From: Sapientia aquatica
GTDB taxonomy: Bacteria; Pseudomonadota; Gammaproteobacteria; Burkholderiales; Burkholderiaceae_D
Assembly: GCF_004358105.1 (NCBI RefSeq)
Contig: NZ_SMYL01000003.1
Location: forward strand, 65,371 to 129,370
DNA: 64,000 nucleotides
Direction: 5' to 3'
Shown here piece by piece: positions 16,859 through 26,959 of this stretch. How positions within the stretch are numbered: position 1 is the stretch's first letter; each line of letters starts with the position of its first letter. The position numbers and the translations under genes were made by a program. Below the pieces are notes generated by a model that saw nothing but the letters and a program-made list of their open reading frames with translations, was not told where the DNA came from and did no database searches.

Positions 16859-17905
16859 CTAATTGGGAAAAGCTGCCATTTTTTCTGCAAGTTTTGACGC
16901 TTGTAAATGTGTATACCTTTTGAGCATTTGAAGCGTTTTATGGCCAGATACAGCAGCAAGTTCCAAAACATTAAAATCTCCGCGCTCAGCAAGCCGGGAA
17001 ATCGCTTCATGTCGTAAATCATGAAAAGTATAATTACTAATCCCAGCGCGATCGCAAGCATATTGAAACGCCCTATACAGAGTTTGCCGCTCGACCTTCA
17101 AGACTAAACCATCACTTTTTATACCCGTCGATAAAGCATTTAATGTATCCAAAGCAAGCGGCGAAAGAGGAACCGCTCGGGGTTCCTCATTCTTAAGTTT
17201 TTTTGAATCCAACAGCATTGCAATGCTATGTTTTTTATTGATGTCACTCCAACTCAAGCTTAAAAGTTCACCTTGCCGCATTGAAGTCTCTAGCGCCAAC
17301 GAAACTGCTGGCCATAACCAAAGGTTTCTAGAGTTTTTGCATTCGGTTTCCAATTTAGCCCACTCTTCATTTGTTAATCGCCTATCCCGCCCAGATGGCT
17401 CAGATGGCTTCCGAATTTTATCAACCGGATTTCCCCTCGGTAAGGTAATTCCTTTCTCATTCTGAGCAAAACCAAGCAATTTACTTATCATGTAAAGTTC
17501 TTTTCGAACTGTACCCTCATTCACCTTAACTCTGGTTGAACTACCTCTAAGACGTAGGTCACGATAACTGGCAATTAATTTCTGATCGATCGCTGCTAAG
17601 CTATATTTACCTAGTACCTCATTTATTCTGTCTAGCTGGAAACGCCAAGCCTCTTTATTGTCTGGCCTTGAACGATAATGAAGAGGAGCAAAATCAATTT
17701 TAAAATCTTCAATTACGTTACCCAGTGTGATATGTTCTGATGCATTTGAAGACTGAAACATGCCCCGCCGCATATCGGCTTCAACCGACCTCCCCCAATC
17801 CTGCGCTTCAGTCTTTGTACGAAAAGTACGACTTTCATCCGGATAACCTTTTTTCCGCACAATTGCTTGCCAATAGCCGCTTGCACGTTGTCGAACTGTC
17901 GCCAT
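16859..17905 (-). CDS. Tyrosine site-specific integrase (P4-like phage integrase family).
   Basis: N-terminus MATVRQRASGYWQAIVRKKGY is typical of P4-type integrases. The catalytic region has HDLRHEAISRLA ... LKRYTHL (R-H-R-Y tetrad). The start is taken at the Met preceding the conserved N-terminus (17905). The ORF track extends to 17938. Confidence 0.85.
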   Translation of the reverse strand: MATVRQRASGYWQAIVRKKGYPDESRTFRTKTEAQDWGRSVEADMRRGMFQSSNASEHITLGNVIEDFKIDFAPLHYRSRPDNKEAWRFQLDRINEVLGKYSLAAIDQKLIASYRDLRLRGSSTRVKVNEGTVRKELYMISKLLGFAQNEKGITLPRGNPVDKIRKPSEPSGRDRRLTNEEWAKLETECKNSRNLWLWPAVSLALETSMRQGELLSLSWSDINKKHSIAMLLDSKKLKNEEPRAVPLSPLALDTLNALSTGIKSDGLVLKVERQTLYRAFQYACDRAGISNYTFHDLRHEAISRLAERGDFNVLELAAVSGHKTLQMLKRYTHLQASKLAEKMAAFPN

Positions 17906-18022
17906 AATTATCCCCAAGTGTGACCGTTTTGTGCCCAAAAATGAAAAAATCTTTCAAAACTATGCCACAACCCATATTTTAAGCCAACTAATTTACTAAA
18001 TTAACGCGCCTGGAAAGCGTGT

Positions 18023-18068
18023 GTAGGTTCATAGCCTACCGGGGGTTCGAATCCCCCTTTCTCCGCCA
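18023..18068 (+). other. tRNA/tmRNA-like 3-prime-terminal fragment (anticodon-like hairpin, T-arm GGGGGTTCGAATCCCCC, acceptor 3-prime strand TTTCTCC with U70, encoded CCA). Putative attachment-site remnant.
   Basis: The sequence ends ...gtaggttcatagcctaccgggggttcgaatccccctttctccgcca. No complementary 5-prime acceptor strand or D-arm exists upstream, so this is not a complete tRNA. A rho-independent terminator follows, as after ssrA and tRNA genes. Confidence 0.6.
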
Positions 18069-18080
18069 CGAACAACGTTG

Positions 18081-18116
18081 AAACCCGCACGGCTTATGGC
18101 TTTGCGGGTTTTTTTC
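18081..18116 (+). terminator. Rho-independent terminator.
   Basis: aaacccgca-N13-tgcggg stem followed by a T-run (ttttttt). Confidence 0.7.
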
Positions 18117-18613
18117 TTTTTCGGAAGGTCGCCACCGAAGTTTCTAATTTGAAACAAAAACACAATATCTTTACTGTGCCCAAATCAATTTAACCAAGCA
18201 ATTACAACTTGCACGAGTTATTCTGCAACGAACGCCAATACAGCTTTAGATTCAATCTGCTCTGATTTACGAAGCAAAACTAATTCACTAATTCAATACT
18301 CTTGGATTACCATAATCGCGACCGCTCTCGTCACGTCCATTCTTGCCAGCGTCGTCCCAACCTTCATAACGAAATGATTTCTTAATAATAAGCACAAAGT
18401 GACCGGATATTAATTTATTCAAATGCAATCAATTGAACGAATTTAAAAATATTTCCGAAATCATTTATTGCTGAGTAGCCATTTTTATTGAGAAAAAACA
18501 CGTCAAAACGTTGTCAATGGAGTAATATGCAACTCGTATTATTGCTATTGAGAACTCATCTTAATCCATAGCGCACTGCCTGCATAATGCTTACTTGCTT
18601 ATAGAAATAACCA

Positions 18614-20968
18614 ATGACCCAAACACCTAACAACCTCGCTTCCGATTCCTGGGCAATCGCCGACCTACTTCGCGGTGATTTTAGACAAAGCCAATATGGC
18701 CGAATTATTTTACCGTTCTGCTTGTTGCGTCGTCTTGAATGCGTATTGGAAGCTAGCAAAGAGGCCGTACTTGCTGAACAGCAAAAAGTTCAAGACATGA
18801 ATTTGCCGGAAGAAGCGCAAGAAAAATTATTACTACGTGCCACCGGTGGACTATCGTTTTTTAACACATCAAAAATGGACTTGAGCAAGTTGGGCGAGTC
18901 CGGTATCAAAGCGAACTTAGAAACCTATATCCAAAGTTTCTCCAAAGATGCCCGTGAAATTTTTGATTACTTTAACTTCGCCGAATTTATCGGTCAGTTA
19001 AATGACGCTAATCTGTTATACAAAGTCGTGCAGAAAGTACGCACCATTGATCTGAGTCCAACGGCTGTCTCTAACCATGATATGGGCCTGGTGTTTGAAG
19101 AACTCATTCGTCGATTCGCTGAGGGTTCTAATGAAACCGCGGGTGAACACTTTACCCCACGCGATATCGTGCGTTTGACAACAGCACTAGTATTTATGGA
19201 AGACGATGAAGCGCTGACCAAGCCCGGGATCATACGCACCATTTATGATCCAACAGCGGGAACTGGCGGGTTTCTATCTTCGGGGATGGAATATGTGCAT
19301 GAACTCAATCCGAAAAGCGTCATGCGCGCCTACGGGCAAGAGCTAAACCCTGAAAGCTACGCAATTTGCAAAGCCGATATGCTCATTAAAGGCCAAGATG
19401 TGAGCAATATTAAGCTAGGTAATACGCTCTCCAACGACCAACTATATTCAACCGAGTTTGATTACATGCTTTCTAATCCGCCGTTTGGTGTTGATTGGAA
19501 AAAAATTGAACAAGAAATTATTGATGAACATAACCATAAAGGTTTTGATGGTCGTTTTGGCCCCGGTTTGCCACGAGTTTCAGATGGATCGTTGCTATTC
19601 CTTTTGCACCTGATTCGTAAAATGCGCGACCCGTCCAAGGGTGGTGCGCGTATTGGGATTATTTTGAATGGCTCTCCATTGTTTACCGGCGGCGCAGGTT
19701 CAGGCGAATCTGAAATCCGTCGTTATATTTTGGAAGCCGATTTGCTGGAAGCCATTGTCGCCCTGCCGACAGACATGTTTTATAACACTGGCATTTCTAC
19801 TTACATCTGGATTCTTTCCAATAAAAAGGCCAAAGAACGTAAAGGACAAGTGCTATTGATCAATGGCGTCAATTTATGTGGAAAAATGCGCAAATCGTTG
19901 GGCAGCAAACGGAATGTGATGGATGAAGAAGACATCGCCACTATCACCCGTTGCTTTGGCAATTATGAAATCATCGATGCACGTGAACTGGATAAGCCAA
20001 CCGAACAAAAAAGTAACCGTGGGAGACAATCTGCCAACCCAAAAACAGAACCCACCAAAACTTTCGCAGCCAAAATATTTAAATCACATGAATTCGGGTA
20101 CCGCCGCATCACCATAGAGCGCCCGTTGCGCCTGTCCTACCAATTCAGCGATGAACGTTTAGCTACCTTGCGTTTTGAATCTGGTGCACTCAACGCGGTG
20201 ATGAAATGGGCCTATGCCGAATACTGCAATGGCAGTGTCGCCTGGAGCGATACAGCCGACTGCCCGCATTATGGCGATTTAAGTGCCCATCAGGATGAAA
20301 TCCGCCGTTATATCAAATTGCATTTTTCTGACCTCAAAGAAAAGCAAATTAAAGATTTACTTGAGCGCAGCACTTGGACAACACAAAAAACCATCTTGCT
20401 CAAAGCGCGCCAACTGCAACAGAGCATCGGCACAGAACAACAAAACGACATGAATGATTTTGACGATGTGTTGGCCACAGCCGTCAAAGCGCAGCAGATC
20501 ACGTTAGATGCCAAAGAGAAAAAAGCTATCGGCGATGCGGTAAGCTGGAAAAATCCTGAGGCCGAAAAAATCATCAAAAAAATCCACAAAGCCAAAGCCG
20601 ATCCGATCTATGGCCTGTTTGATGGCAGCAAAGAGAGCAACGGCGCACACAAAGGCAAAGTAATCGAATACAAAGCCGATGGCGATCTGCGTGATTTTGA
20701 AAACGTCGCGCTCGACCCAAGCAAAACCGTCAACGCCATTAACGAAGCCTATTTCAACAAAGAAGTGCTGCCGCATGTGCCCGATGCGTGGATCGATGCC
20801 AGCAAAAAAGACAACAAAGACCAGCAGATTGGCATCGTCGGCTATGAGATACCGTTTAACCGGCATTTTTACCAATACCAACCACCGCGCGATTTAGCCG
20901 AGATTGACGCCGATCTGGATGCTGTCAGTGCAGAAATTATGAAGCTGCTGCAAGAGGTGCATTCATGA
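18614..20968 (+). CDS. hsdM: Type I restriction-modification system DNA methyltransferase subunit M (long form, ~300-aa C-terminal extension).
   Basis: N6-adenine MTase motif IV NPPFG and a SAM-binding motif ([10 protein letters not shown]). Size 784 aa. Confidence 0.9.
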   Translation: MTQTPNNLASDSWAIADLLRGDFRQSQYGRIILPFCLLRRLECVLEASKEAVLAEQQKVQDMNLPEEAQEKLLLRATGGLSFFNTSKMDLSKLGESGIKANLETYIQSFSKDAREIFDYFNFAEFIGQLNDANLLYKVVQKVRTIDLSPTAVSNHDMGLVFEELIRRFAEGSNETAGEHFTPRDIVRLTTALVFMEDDEALTKPGIIRTIYDPTAGTGGFLSSGMEYVHELNPKSVMRAYGQELNPESYAICKADMLIKGQDVSNIKLGNTLSNDQLYSTEFDYMLSNPPFGVDWKKIEQEIIDEHNHKGFDGRFGPGLPRVSDGSLLFLLHLIRKMRDPSKGGARIGIILNGSPLFTGGAGSGESEIRRYILEADLLEAIVALPTDMFYNTGISTYIWILSNKKAKERKGQVLLINGVNLCGKMRKSLGSKRNVMDEEDIATITRCFGNYEIIDARELDKPTEQKSNRGRQSANPKTEPTKTFAAKIFKSHEFGYRRITIERPLRLSYQFSDERLATLRFESGALNAVMKWAYAEYCNGSVAWSDTADCPHYGDLSAHQDEIRRYIKLHFSDLKEKQIKDLLERSTWTTQKTILLKARQLQQSIGTEQQNDMNDFDDVLATAVKAQQITLDAKEKKAIGDAVSWKNPEAEKIIKKIHKAKADPIYGLFDGSKESNGAHKGKVIEYKADGDLRDFENVALDPSKTVNAINEAYFNKEVLPHVPDAWIDASKKDNKDQQIGIVGYEIPFNRHFYQYQPPRDLAEIDADLDAVSAEIMKLLQEVHS

Positions 20969-21984
20969 AAAAAACAACCGTAACAAAAACAGATCCGCCT
21001 GATTTCTCTGAAGTCGTCCATCTGATATCGGCAGCGCGGCAACATGCTTACCAAGCCGTCAACACCACCTTGATTGAGCTGTATTGGCAAGTCGGCGCTT
21101 ACATCAGCAATAAAATCAAGGCGGCAGAATGGGGTGATGGCGTGGTGAACGCCTTAGCTCAGCATCTGGCAATTACCCAGCCGAATTTAAAAGGCTTTAC
21201 ACGCCCTAATCTGTTTCGTATGCGCCAGTTTTACGAAACCTACCAAGATGACCAAATTGTCTCAGCACTGCTGAGACAATTACCGTGGACGCACAATCTG
21301 ACCATTCTTAGCCGCAGCAAACATCCTGAAGAGCGCGAGTTCTATATCAAGATGTCCATTAAAGAGAAATGGTCCAGTCGTGAACTCGAACGCCAGTTTA
21401 AGACGGCATTGTTTGAGCGCATGGTGCTAAACCCGGCAAAAGTGTCAGCAGTGCTGACACAAACTCATCCTGAGGCGTTAAGCGTCTTTAAAGACAGTTA
21501 TGTCGTCGATTTTTTAAATCTGCAAGAACATCATAGCGAAGCCGATTTGCATCACAGTCTGTTAGCTAAATTAAAGCATTTTTTGTTAGAACTCGGTCGC
21601 GATTTTTGTTTTGTCGGCAGTGAATTTCCTATTCAGGTCGGCACGCAGGATTTTGCGCTGGATCTGCTATTTTTTCATCGTGGCTTAAATGCCTTGGTCG
21701 CCATTGAACTGAAGGTAGATCGGTTTGAGCCAGAGCATTTAGGTAAACTCAATTTTTATCTGGAAGCGCTGGACCGTGATCACCGCAAACCGCATGAAAA
21801 TCCTTCCATCGGTGTACTGCTGTGTGCCAGCAAAAATGATGAAGTGGTGGAATATGCCTTAAGCCGTACCTTGTCACCCGCGATGATTGCCGAGTACCAA
21901 ACGCAACTGCCGGATAAGAAATTATTGCAGGCGAAATTGCATGAGTTTTATATGCTGAATCTAGCGCAGGGGGAAGGGGAATGA
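20965..21984 (+). CDS. YhcG-like PD-(D/E)XK nuclease (DUF1016) inserted between hsdM and hsdS.
   Basis: N-terminal YhcG-like domain ([11 protein letters not shown]...[13 protein letters not shown]). C-terminal [18 protein letters not shown] (D...E.K). ATGA overlaps at both ends. Confidence 0.8.
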   Translation: MKKTTVTKTDPPDFSEVVHLISAARQHAYQAVNTTLIELYWQVGAYISNKIKAAEWGDGVVNALAQHLAITQPNLKGFTRPNLFRMRQFYETYQDDQIVSALLRQLPWTHNLTILSRSKHPEEREFYIKMSIKEKWSSRELERQFKTALFERMVLNPAKVSAVLTQTHPEALSVFKDSYVVDFLNLQEHHSEADLHHSLLAKLKHFLLELGRDFCFVGSEFPIQVGTQDFALDLLFFHRGLNALVAIELKVDRFEPEHLGKLNFYLEALDRDHRKPHENPSIGVLLCASKNDEVVEYALSRTLSPAMIAEYQTQLPDKKLLQAKLHEFYMLNLAQGEGE

Positions 21985-23297
21985 GTCGGTATAAAGCGTA
22001 TGCGGAATATAAGGATTCTGGGGTTGAACTGTTAGAGAAAATTCCTTTAGAGTGGAATGCGACAAGAATTAAATTTATTTCAACATTGAATTCATCTAAA
22101 GCTGAACTAAGAAATTTAACTCCGGAAACTGAAGTCACATTTTTACCAATGGAAGCAATTGGTGAGCAGGGGTTATTAGATACATCTAGAACAAAACGAC
22201 TTGGTGATGTGCTTGATGGTTATACATATATCGGAGAGGGAGATGTTTGCATTGCAAAGATAACGCCTTGTTTTGAAAATGGAAAAGGGGCTGTTGTAAC
22301 AGGTTTGCGTAATGGGATCGCATTTGCAACTACTGAGGTAATTCCTCTTCGATGTCACTTAAAGACGGATTCCAAATTTTTATATTACATATTAACTTCC
22401 GCACCGTTTAATAAAAATGCTGAAGGTTCTATGTATGGTGCGGGAGGACAAAAAAGAGTCTCCGATAATTTTGTGGCAAATTATCATGTAGCAATGCCGC
22501 CTGAAGCAATACGACCAAAAATCGCAAAATTCCTCGATCATGAAACCGCCAAGATTGATGCGCTGATTGAAAAACAGCAGGAACTCATTAAGCTGCTAAA
22601 AGAAAAACGTCAGGCAGTGATTAGTCATGCCGTGACCAAAGGCTTAAACCCCAACGCACCCATGCGCCACTCAGGAGTTGAGTGGTTAGGCGAAGTACCA
22701 GTACATTGGAAAGTCAGTCCAATAAAGTGGTACGCGAGCATCAAAAGCGGCGAGAATTTGCCAGTGAATGAAATTGAATCCATTAAAGATGAAAACTTTT
22801 TTTACCCGGTATATGGCGGCAATGGCATTTGGGGATACTCGAAGGAGTTTAATCTTAAAAATGCGGCAATCATAATAGGTAGGGTTGGAGCGCTCTGTGG
22901 CAATGTCCATGCAGTTAAAGATTTATCTTGGATCAGCGATAATGCGCTTATATTGAACCTTAATATTTCAGTTTTGAGCCTTGATTATATTGCCTTATGT
23001 CTGGGGGCTAGAGACCTAAATAGATTAGCGGATAAAAATGCTCAACCATTGATTACTGGAACCAAAGTTATGAACGAATGTGTTCCGATTCCACCAATTG
23101 ATGAGCAACATCAAATTGAAGGCCGTATTAGCGCAATGATGAAGCAATTTGAAATGCTATCTATTCAAGCCGAATCTGGCATAGCTTTACTCCAAGAACG
23201 CCGCACAGCCCTAATTTCCGCCGCCGTCACCGGAAAAATCGATGTCCGTGATTGGCAACCTTCCAGCACTTCAACCCAACCCAAAGCCGCCGCATGA
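21981..23297 (+). CDS. hsdS: Type I R-M specificity subunit S (two target-recognition domains).
   Basis: Conserved central and C-terminal HsdS spacer repeats (LIEKQQELIKLLKEKRQAVISHAVTKGL ... LLQERRTALISAAVTGKIDV). Size 438 aa. Confidence 0.9.
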   Translation: MSRYKAYAEYKDSGVELLEKIPLEWNATRIKFISTLNSSKAELRNLTPETEVTFLPMEAIGEQGLLDTSRTKRLGDVLDGYTYIGEGDVCIAKITPCFENGKGAVVTGLRNGIAFATTEVIPLRCHLKTDSKFLYYILTSAPFNKNAEGSMYGAGGQKRVSDNFVANYHVAMPPEAIRPKIAKFLDHETAKIDALIEKQQELIKLLKEKRQAVISHAVTKGLNPNAPMRHSGVEWLGEVPVHWKVSPIKWYASIKSGENLPVNEIESIKDENFFYPVYGGNGIWGYSKEFNLKNAAIIIGRVGALCGNVHAVKDLSWISDNALILNLNISVLSLDYIALCLGARDLNRLADKNAQPLITGTKVMNECVPIPPIDEQHQIEGRISAMMKQFEMLSIQAESGIALLQERRTALISAAVTGKIDVRDWQPSSTSTQPKAAA

Positions 23298-26200
23298 GTA
23301 CAATTTCTGGTCAAGATAAAGCGAAAGAATTCGCCTTTCAACACGACATGATTCAACAGTTGTTAGCCAATGGTTGGTTACTGGGTCAGCCTGATAAATA
23401 CAACCGTGAACTGGCCTTGTATCCAGAGGATGTACTGGGTTTTATTCAAGACACGCAAGACGAGCAATGGCAACAGTTTTGCGTTTTGTATCCTAACGAT
23501 CCAGAACAAAAATTCTTAGAACGCGTTGCCAGCCAACTCAATAAATCTGATCCCAATGCAGCTAATAAAGAGATGCGCACTTTTGGCACCTTGGGCGTGT
23601 TGCGGCATGAGATTCGTGATCGCGGTACGCGCTTTAGTTTGTGCCAATTTAAACCTGAGCATGATCTCAATCCCGACACCTTGGCGCGTTATAAACAGAA
23701 CCGTTTGCGCGTTGTGCCAGAGCTGGTCTACAGCCCGTGGGCGACCGAGGTGCATTTGGCAGAAACCGGCAGCAAGGCTAAAAACTGGCGGATTGATCTG
23801 GTGTTGTTTGTCAACGGCTTGCCGGTGGCGACCTTGGAATTGAAATCCGAATTTAAACAGGCGGTGCATAACGCGATGAAGCAATACCGCACTACCCGCT
23901 TGCCAGTTGATCCGATTACTAAAAAATCAGAACCCTTACTCACCTTTAAACGCGGTGCGCTGGTGCATTTTGCTGTAAGCCAGTATGAAGTGTATATGGC
24001 GACCCGATTGGAAGGTGACGATACTTTCTTTTTGCCTTTCAACAAAGGAACAGCCGAAGGTGGCGCGGGCAACGATGCGCCTGCTGATGTGAATCAATAC
24101 GCCACCGATTATTTATGGAATGAAGTGCTCTCGCCTGCTAACTTGCTCAATATTTTGGCGCGCTTTGTACATTTGCAGATTGAAGAAAAAGAAGATTGGC
24201 AAGGTCGCAAATTTAAGAAAGAAAGCCTGATTTTTCCGCGTTATCACCAATGGGATGTGGTGAATAAATTAGTCGATGCAGCACGCACCGAAGGCGCAGG
24301 TCATAAGTATTTAATCCAACATAGCGCTGGATCAGGTAAATCCAATTCTATCGCTTGGGCAGCGCATCAATTATCGTCGCTGTATGACGCGCAAGGTAAC
24401 AAGCAATTTCATTCGGTGATTGTGGTGACCGACCGCACCGTATTGGATGCGCAGTTACAAGACACGATTGCTCAATTTGAACACACCGATGGCGTGGTCG
24501 GTCGGATTAATAATCAAGAAGGCGATGGCTCTAAATCCGAGAAGCTCGCTAAAGCGCTAGAAAATTCGCAGCCAATTATTATTGTGACGATTCAAACCTT
24601 CCCGTTTGTGTTGAAAGCGATTGAAAACAGCGTGAGCTTAAAAGAACGCAATTATGTGGTGATTGCCGATGAGGCGCATTCCTCACAAACCGGTTCTACT
24701 GCCAGACAGTTGAAAGAAGTGTTGATGGTGGAAGGCAGTGACGGTGAGGATGAAGAACTTAGCACCGACGATATACTGGATGCAGCAGTCGCATCGCGCC
24801 GCGCTTCTAAAAATCTTAGTTATCTGGCTTTTACCGCTACGCCAAAAACAAAAACCCTAGAGTTATTTGGTCGCCTACCCCATCCTGATGAGCAACCATC
24901 CAAAACCAATAAACCTGCCGCCTTCCATGTGTACAGCATGCGTCAGGCGATTGAAGAAGGTTTTATTTTGGATGTATTGAAAAACTACACCAATTACAAA
25001 GTCGCTTATAACTTGGCGATGAAGATGAAGGACGCCGACCAGGAAGTAGAAAGTAAAAAGGCGAAGGTCAAACTCAATCAATGGGTTAGGCTGCACGACT
25101 ACAACATAAGCCAAAAAGTACAAGTCATTGTCGAGCACTTTAAAACACATATTATGGGCCTCTTAGGTGGTCAAGCGAAGGCAATGGTCGTGACCAGTTC
25201 ACGCAAAGAAGCGGTGCGTTATAAGCTGGCTTTTGATAAATACATTACTGAGCAAGGCTATCAAAAAATTCATGCGATGGTGGCGTTTTCGGGTGAAGTT
25301 GAATTTACCGATAAGGACCCGAATTCCGAAGCGCAGCTAGGTCAAAAATTCACTGAGACCAATATGAACCCGAAGTTGTTGGGGCGCGATATGCGTAAGG
25401 CTTTTGATACCGACGACTATCAGGTAATGATCGTGGCCAATAAATTTCAGACTGGCTTTGATCAACCCAAACTATGCGCGATGTATGTGGATAAAAAGCT
25501 TGGCGGTGTGGAATGCGTCCAAACTTTATCACGTTTAAATCGCACCTATCCAGGCAAAGCCGAAACGGGCACGTTCATCCTCGACTTCTTTAATGACCCT
25601 CAAGAGATTTTGGCTTCGTTCCAACCGTATTACCAAACAGCGGAGTTGGCTGACGTTTCTGATCCTGATTTAATCTTTGATTTGTCCGATAAATTGCGGG
25701 CTTCCGGGATATTCAATTGGAATGAAGTTGATCAGTTTTGCGATGCCTTTTATGTTAAGAGTAAGAGTAACGCTGCACTAGCCAATATTTGCAAACCTGC
25801 TGTGGAGCGCTGGCAAAAGCGCTATAAATTGGCGGTGGAAGCGTATAAGCAAACGAGGGAAATTTTTGAACGCACCAAGAAAACGAATGATGCGGTGTTG
25901 ATTGCCAACGCGGATAACAGTTTTAAAGAGTGCAAAAAAGCAAAAGATGCATTGGAAATATTCAAAAAAGATTTGGGCACCTTTGTACGCTTTTATGAAT
26001 TCATGTCGCAGATTGTGGATTACAACGATAAAGACTTAGAAAAGCTGAGTCTGTATTCGCGCAATCTACGCCCGATGCTACGCGAAACTATTCTGGATGA
26101 AGATGACATTGATTTAAACAGCATAGTCTTGAGTCACTACCGCTTATCAAAGCTCTATCAACAGCATTTGGTACTGAGACAAGATGCGGAAGATGATCAA

Positions 26201-26560
26201 TTGGAACCCGGCGATGCAGTTGGTACGGCAAAGGCGAAGGATAAAAAAGTAGAATTTTTATCCCAAATTGTTTATCGGCTAAATGAATTGTTCGTTACTG
26301 ATAATTTGACCGACAGTGACATGGTGAATTACGCCAATACGATTAGCGATAAAGTCCGTGAAAATAATATCGTGATGCAGCAATTGGCCAACAATAGCCC
26401 AGAGCAAGCGATGCTCGGTGACTTTTCTAAGGCAGTTGACGATGCGATTCTCGATAGCAGTGATGCACATCGAAATCAGATGATGCAGTTGTTATCTGAT
26501 CCAAGAAAAGCTGCTGGCTTTGCTAAGATTGTTTTTGATATTTTGCGTGTAACCAAATAG
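23294..26560 (+). CDS. hsdR: Type I restriction enzyme R subunit (helicase/nuclease).
   Basis: Walker A (SAGSGKSNS) and DEAH box (VIADEAHSSQ). The HsdR N-terminal nuclease region is present. The start is taken at the Met giving an ATGA overlap with the hsdS stop. The ORF track extends to 23252. Confidence 0.9.
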   Translation: MSTISGQDKAKEFAFQHDMIQQLLANGWLLGQPDKYNRELALYPEDVLGFIQDTQDEQWQQFCVLYPNDPEQKFLERVASQLNKSDPNAANKEMRTFGTLGVLRHEIRDRGTRFSLCQFKPEHDLNPDTLARYKQNRLRVVPELVYSPWATEVHLAETGSKAKNWRIDLVLFVNGLPVATLELKSEFKQAVHNAMKQYRTTRLPVDPITKKSEPLLTFKRGALVHFAVSQYEVYMATRLEGDDTFFLPFNKGTAEGGAGNDAPADVNQYATDYLWNEVLSPANLLNILARFVHLQIEEKEDWQGRKFKKESLIFPRYHQWDVVNKLVDAARTEGAGHKYLIQHSAGSGKSNSIAWAAHQLSSLYDAQGNKQFHSVIVVTDRTVLDAQLQDTIAQFEHTDGVVGRINNQEGDGSKSEKLAKALENSQPIIIVTIQTFPFVLKAIENSVSLKERNYVVIADEAHSSQTGSTARQLKEVLMVEGSDGEDEELSTDDILDAAVASRRASKNLSYLAFTATPKTKTLELFGRLPHPDEQPSKTNKPAAFHVYSMRQAIEEGFILDVLKNYTNYKVAYNLAMKMKDADQEVESKKAKVKLNQWVRLHDYNISQKVQVIVEHFKTHIMGLLGGQAKAMVVTSSRKEAVRYKLAFDKYITEQGYQKIHAMVAFSGEVEFTDKDPNSEAQLGQKFTETNMNPKLLGRDMRKAFDTDDYQVMIVANKFQTGFDQPKLCAMYVDKKLGGVECVQTLSRLNRTYPGKAETGTFILDFFNDPQEILASFQPYYQTAELADVSDPDLIFDLSDKLRASGIFNWNEVDQFCDAFYVKSKSNAALANICKPAVERWQKRYKLAVEAYKQTREIFERTKKTNDAVLIANADNSFKECKKAKDALEIFKKDLGTFVRFYEFMSQIVDYNDKDLEKLSLYSRNLRPMLRETILDEDDIDLNSIVLSHYRLSKLYQQHLVLRQDAEDDQLEPGDAVGTAKAKDKKVEFLSQIVYRLNELFVTDNLTDSDMVNYANTISDKVRENNIVMQQLANNSPEQAMLGDFSKAVDDAILDSSDAHRNQMMQLLSDPRKAAGFAKIVFDILRVTK

Positions 26561-26746
26561 GTCTTTTCAAAATCCAAGAACTCACCTGCGTTTGCGGTCG
26601 ATTTTATAAATCGAATTGCAGCGCTTTTCAAAAACCACTCTGTATTTTTCCCTGTTGCAGGGAAAGTTGGCTAGAGACCGGTTCGCTGCGAGCTGCCCCC
26701 GCCAAGAACTGCTGCGTTTTAGAAGCACCTCCGAAATCGCAAATCA

Positions 26747-26795
26747 AAGAGCCCTGAAGGTCAATCAGCTAGATTGACCTTCAGGGCTCTTTTTC
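26747..26795 (+). terminator. Strong rho-independent terminator after hsdR.
   Basis: 19-bp perfect stem (aagagccctgaaggtcaat / attgaccttcagggctctt) plus a T-run. Confidence 0.85.
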
Positions 26796-26959
26796 ATTTC
26801 CGCTGACCAGATTAAAGCGCAAGCTGAAATCGGCACATTGGCTGTAAAAGTATTAATTCACGCGGAAGCTAAATACATTTAGCGGTGAATTAACACTTCA
26901 CCGTATTTGACACTTCGCCCTAACTGATGGGCGTGTAAGGAATGCGATTCGGTGACTCG

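Larger units (their letters stand above)
13100..18068. mobile_element. Putative P4/PICI-like integrative element (integrase, AlpA, replisome-organizer-like gene, cargo) ending at a tRNA/tmRNA-like 3-prime fragment. The left boundary is approximate.
   Basis: AT-richer block holding a tyrosine integrase, an AlpA-family regulator and hypothetical genes. The right end is a T-arm/acceptor/CCA fragment plus terminator. No direct repeat marking the left end could be verified by eye. Confidence 0.5.

Noticed and set aside
17993-18068. Possible complete tRNA-Met (CAT loop) ending at 18068.
   Set aside because: No 5-prime acceptor strand complementary to TTTCTCC and no D-arm. The apparent variable loop is 1 nt. 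It is only a 3-prime fragment.
23446-24072. Several ORFs antisense to, or out of frame with, hsdR.
   Set aside because: Contained within hsdR. No independent signals.
26850-26895. Imperfect inverted repeat TTAATTCACGC-N18-GCGGTGAATTAA downstream of hsdR, a possible island boundary or operator.
   Set aside because: No similarity to the tRNA-like fragment. A single occurrence cannot be assigned a role.
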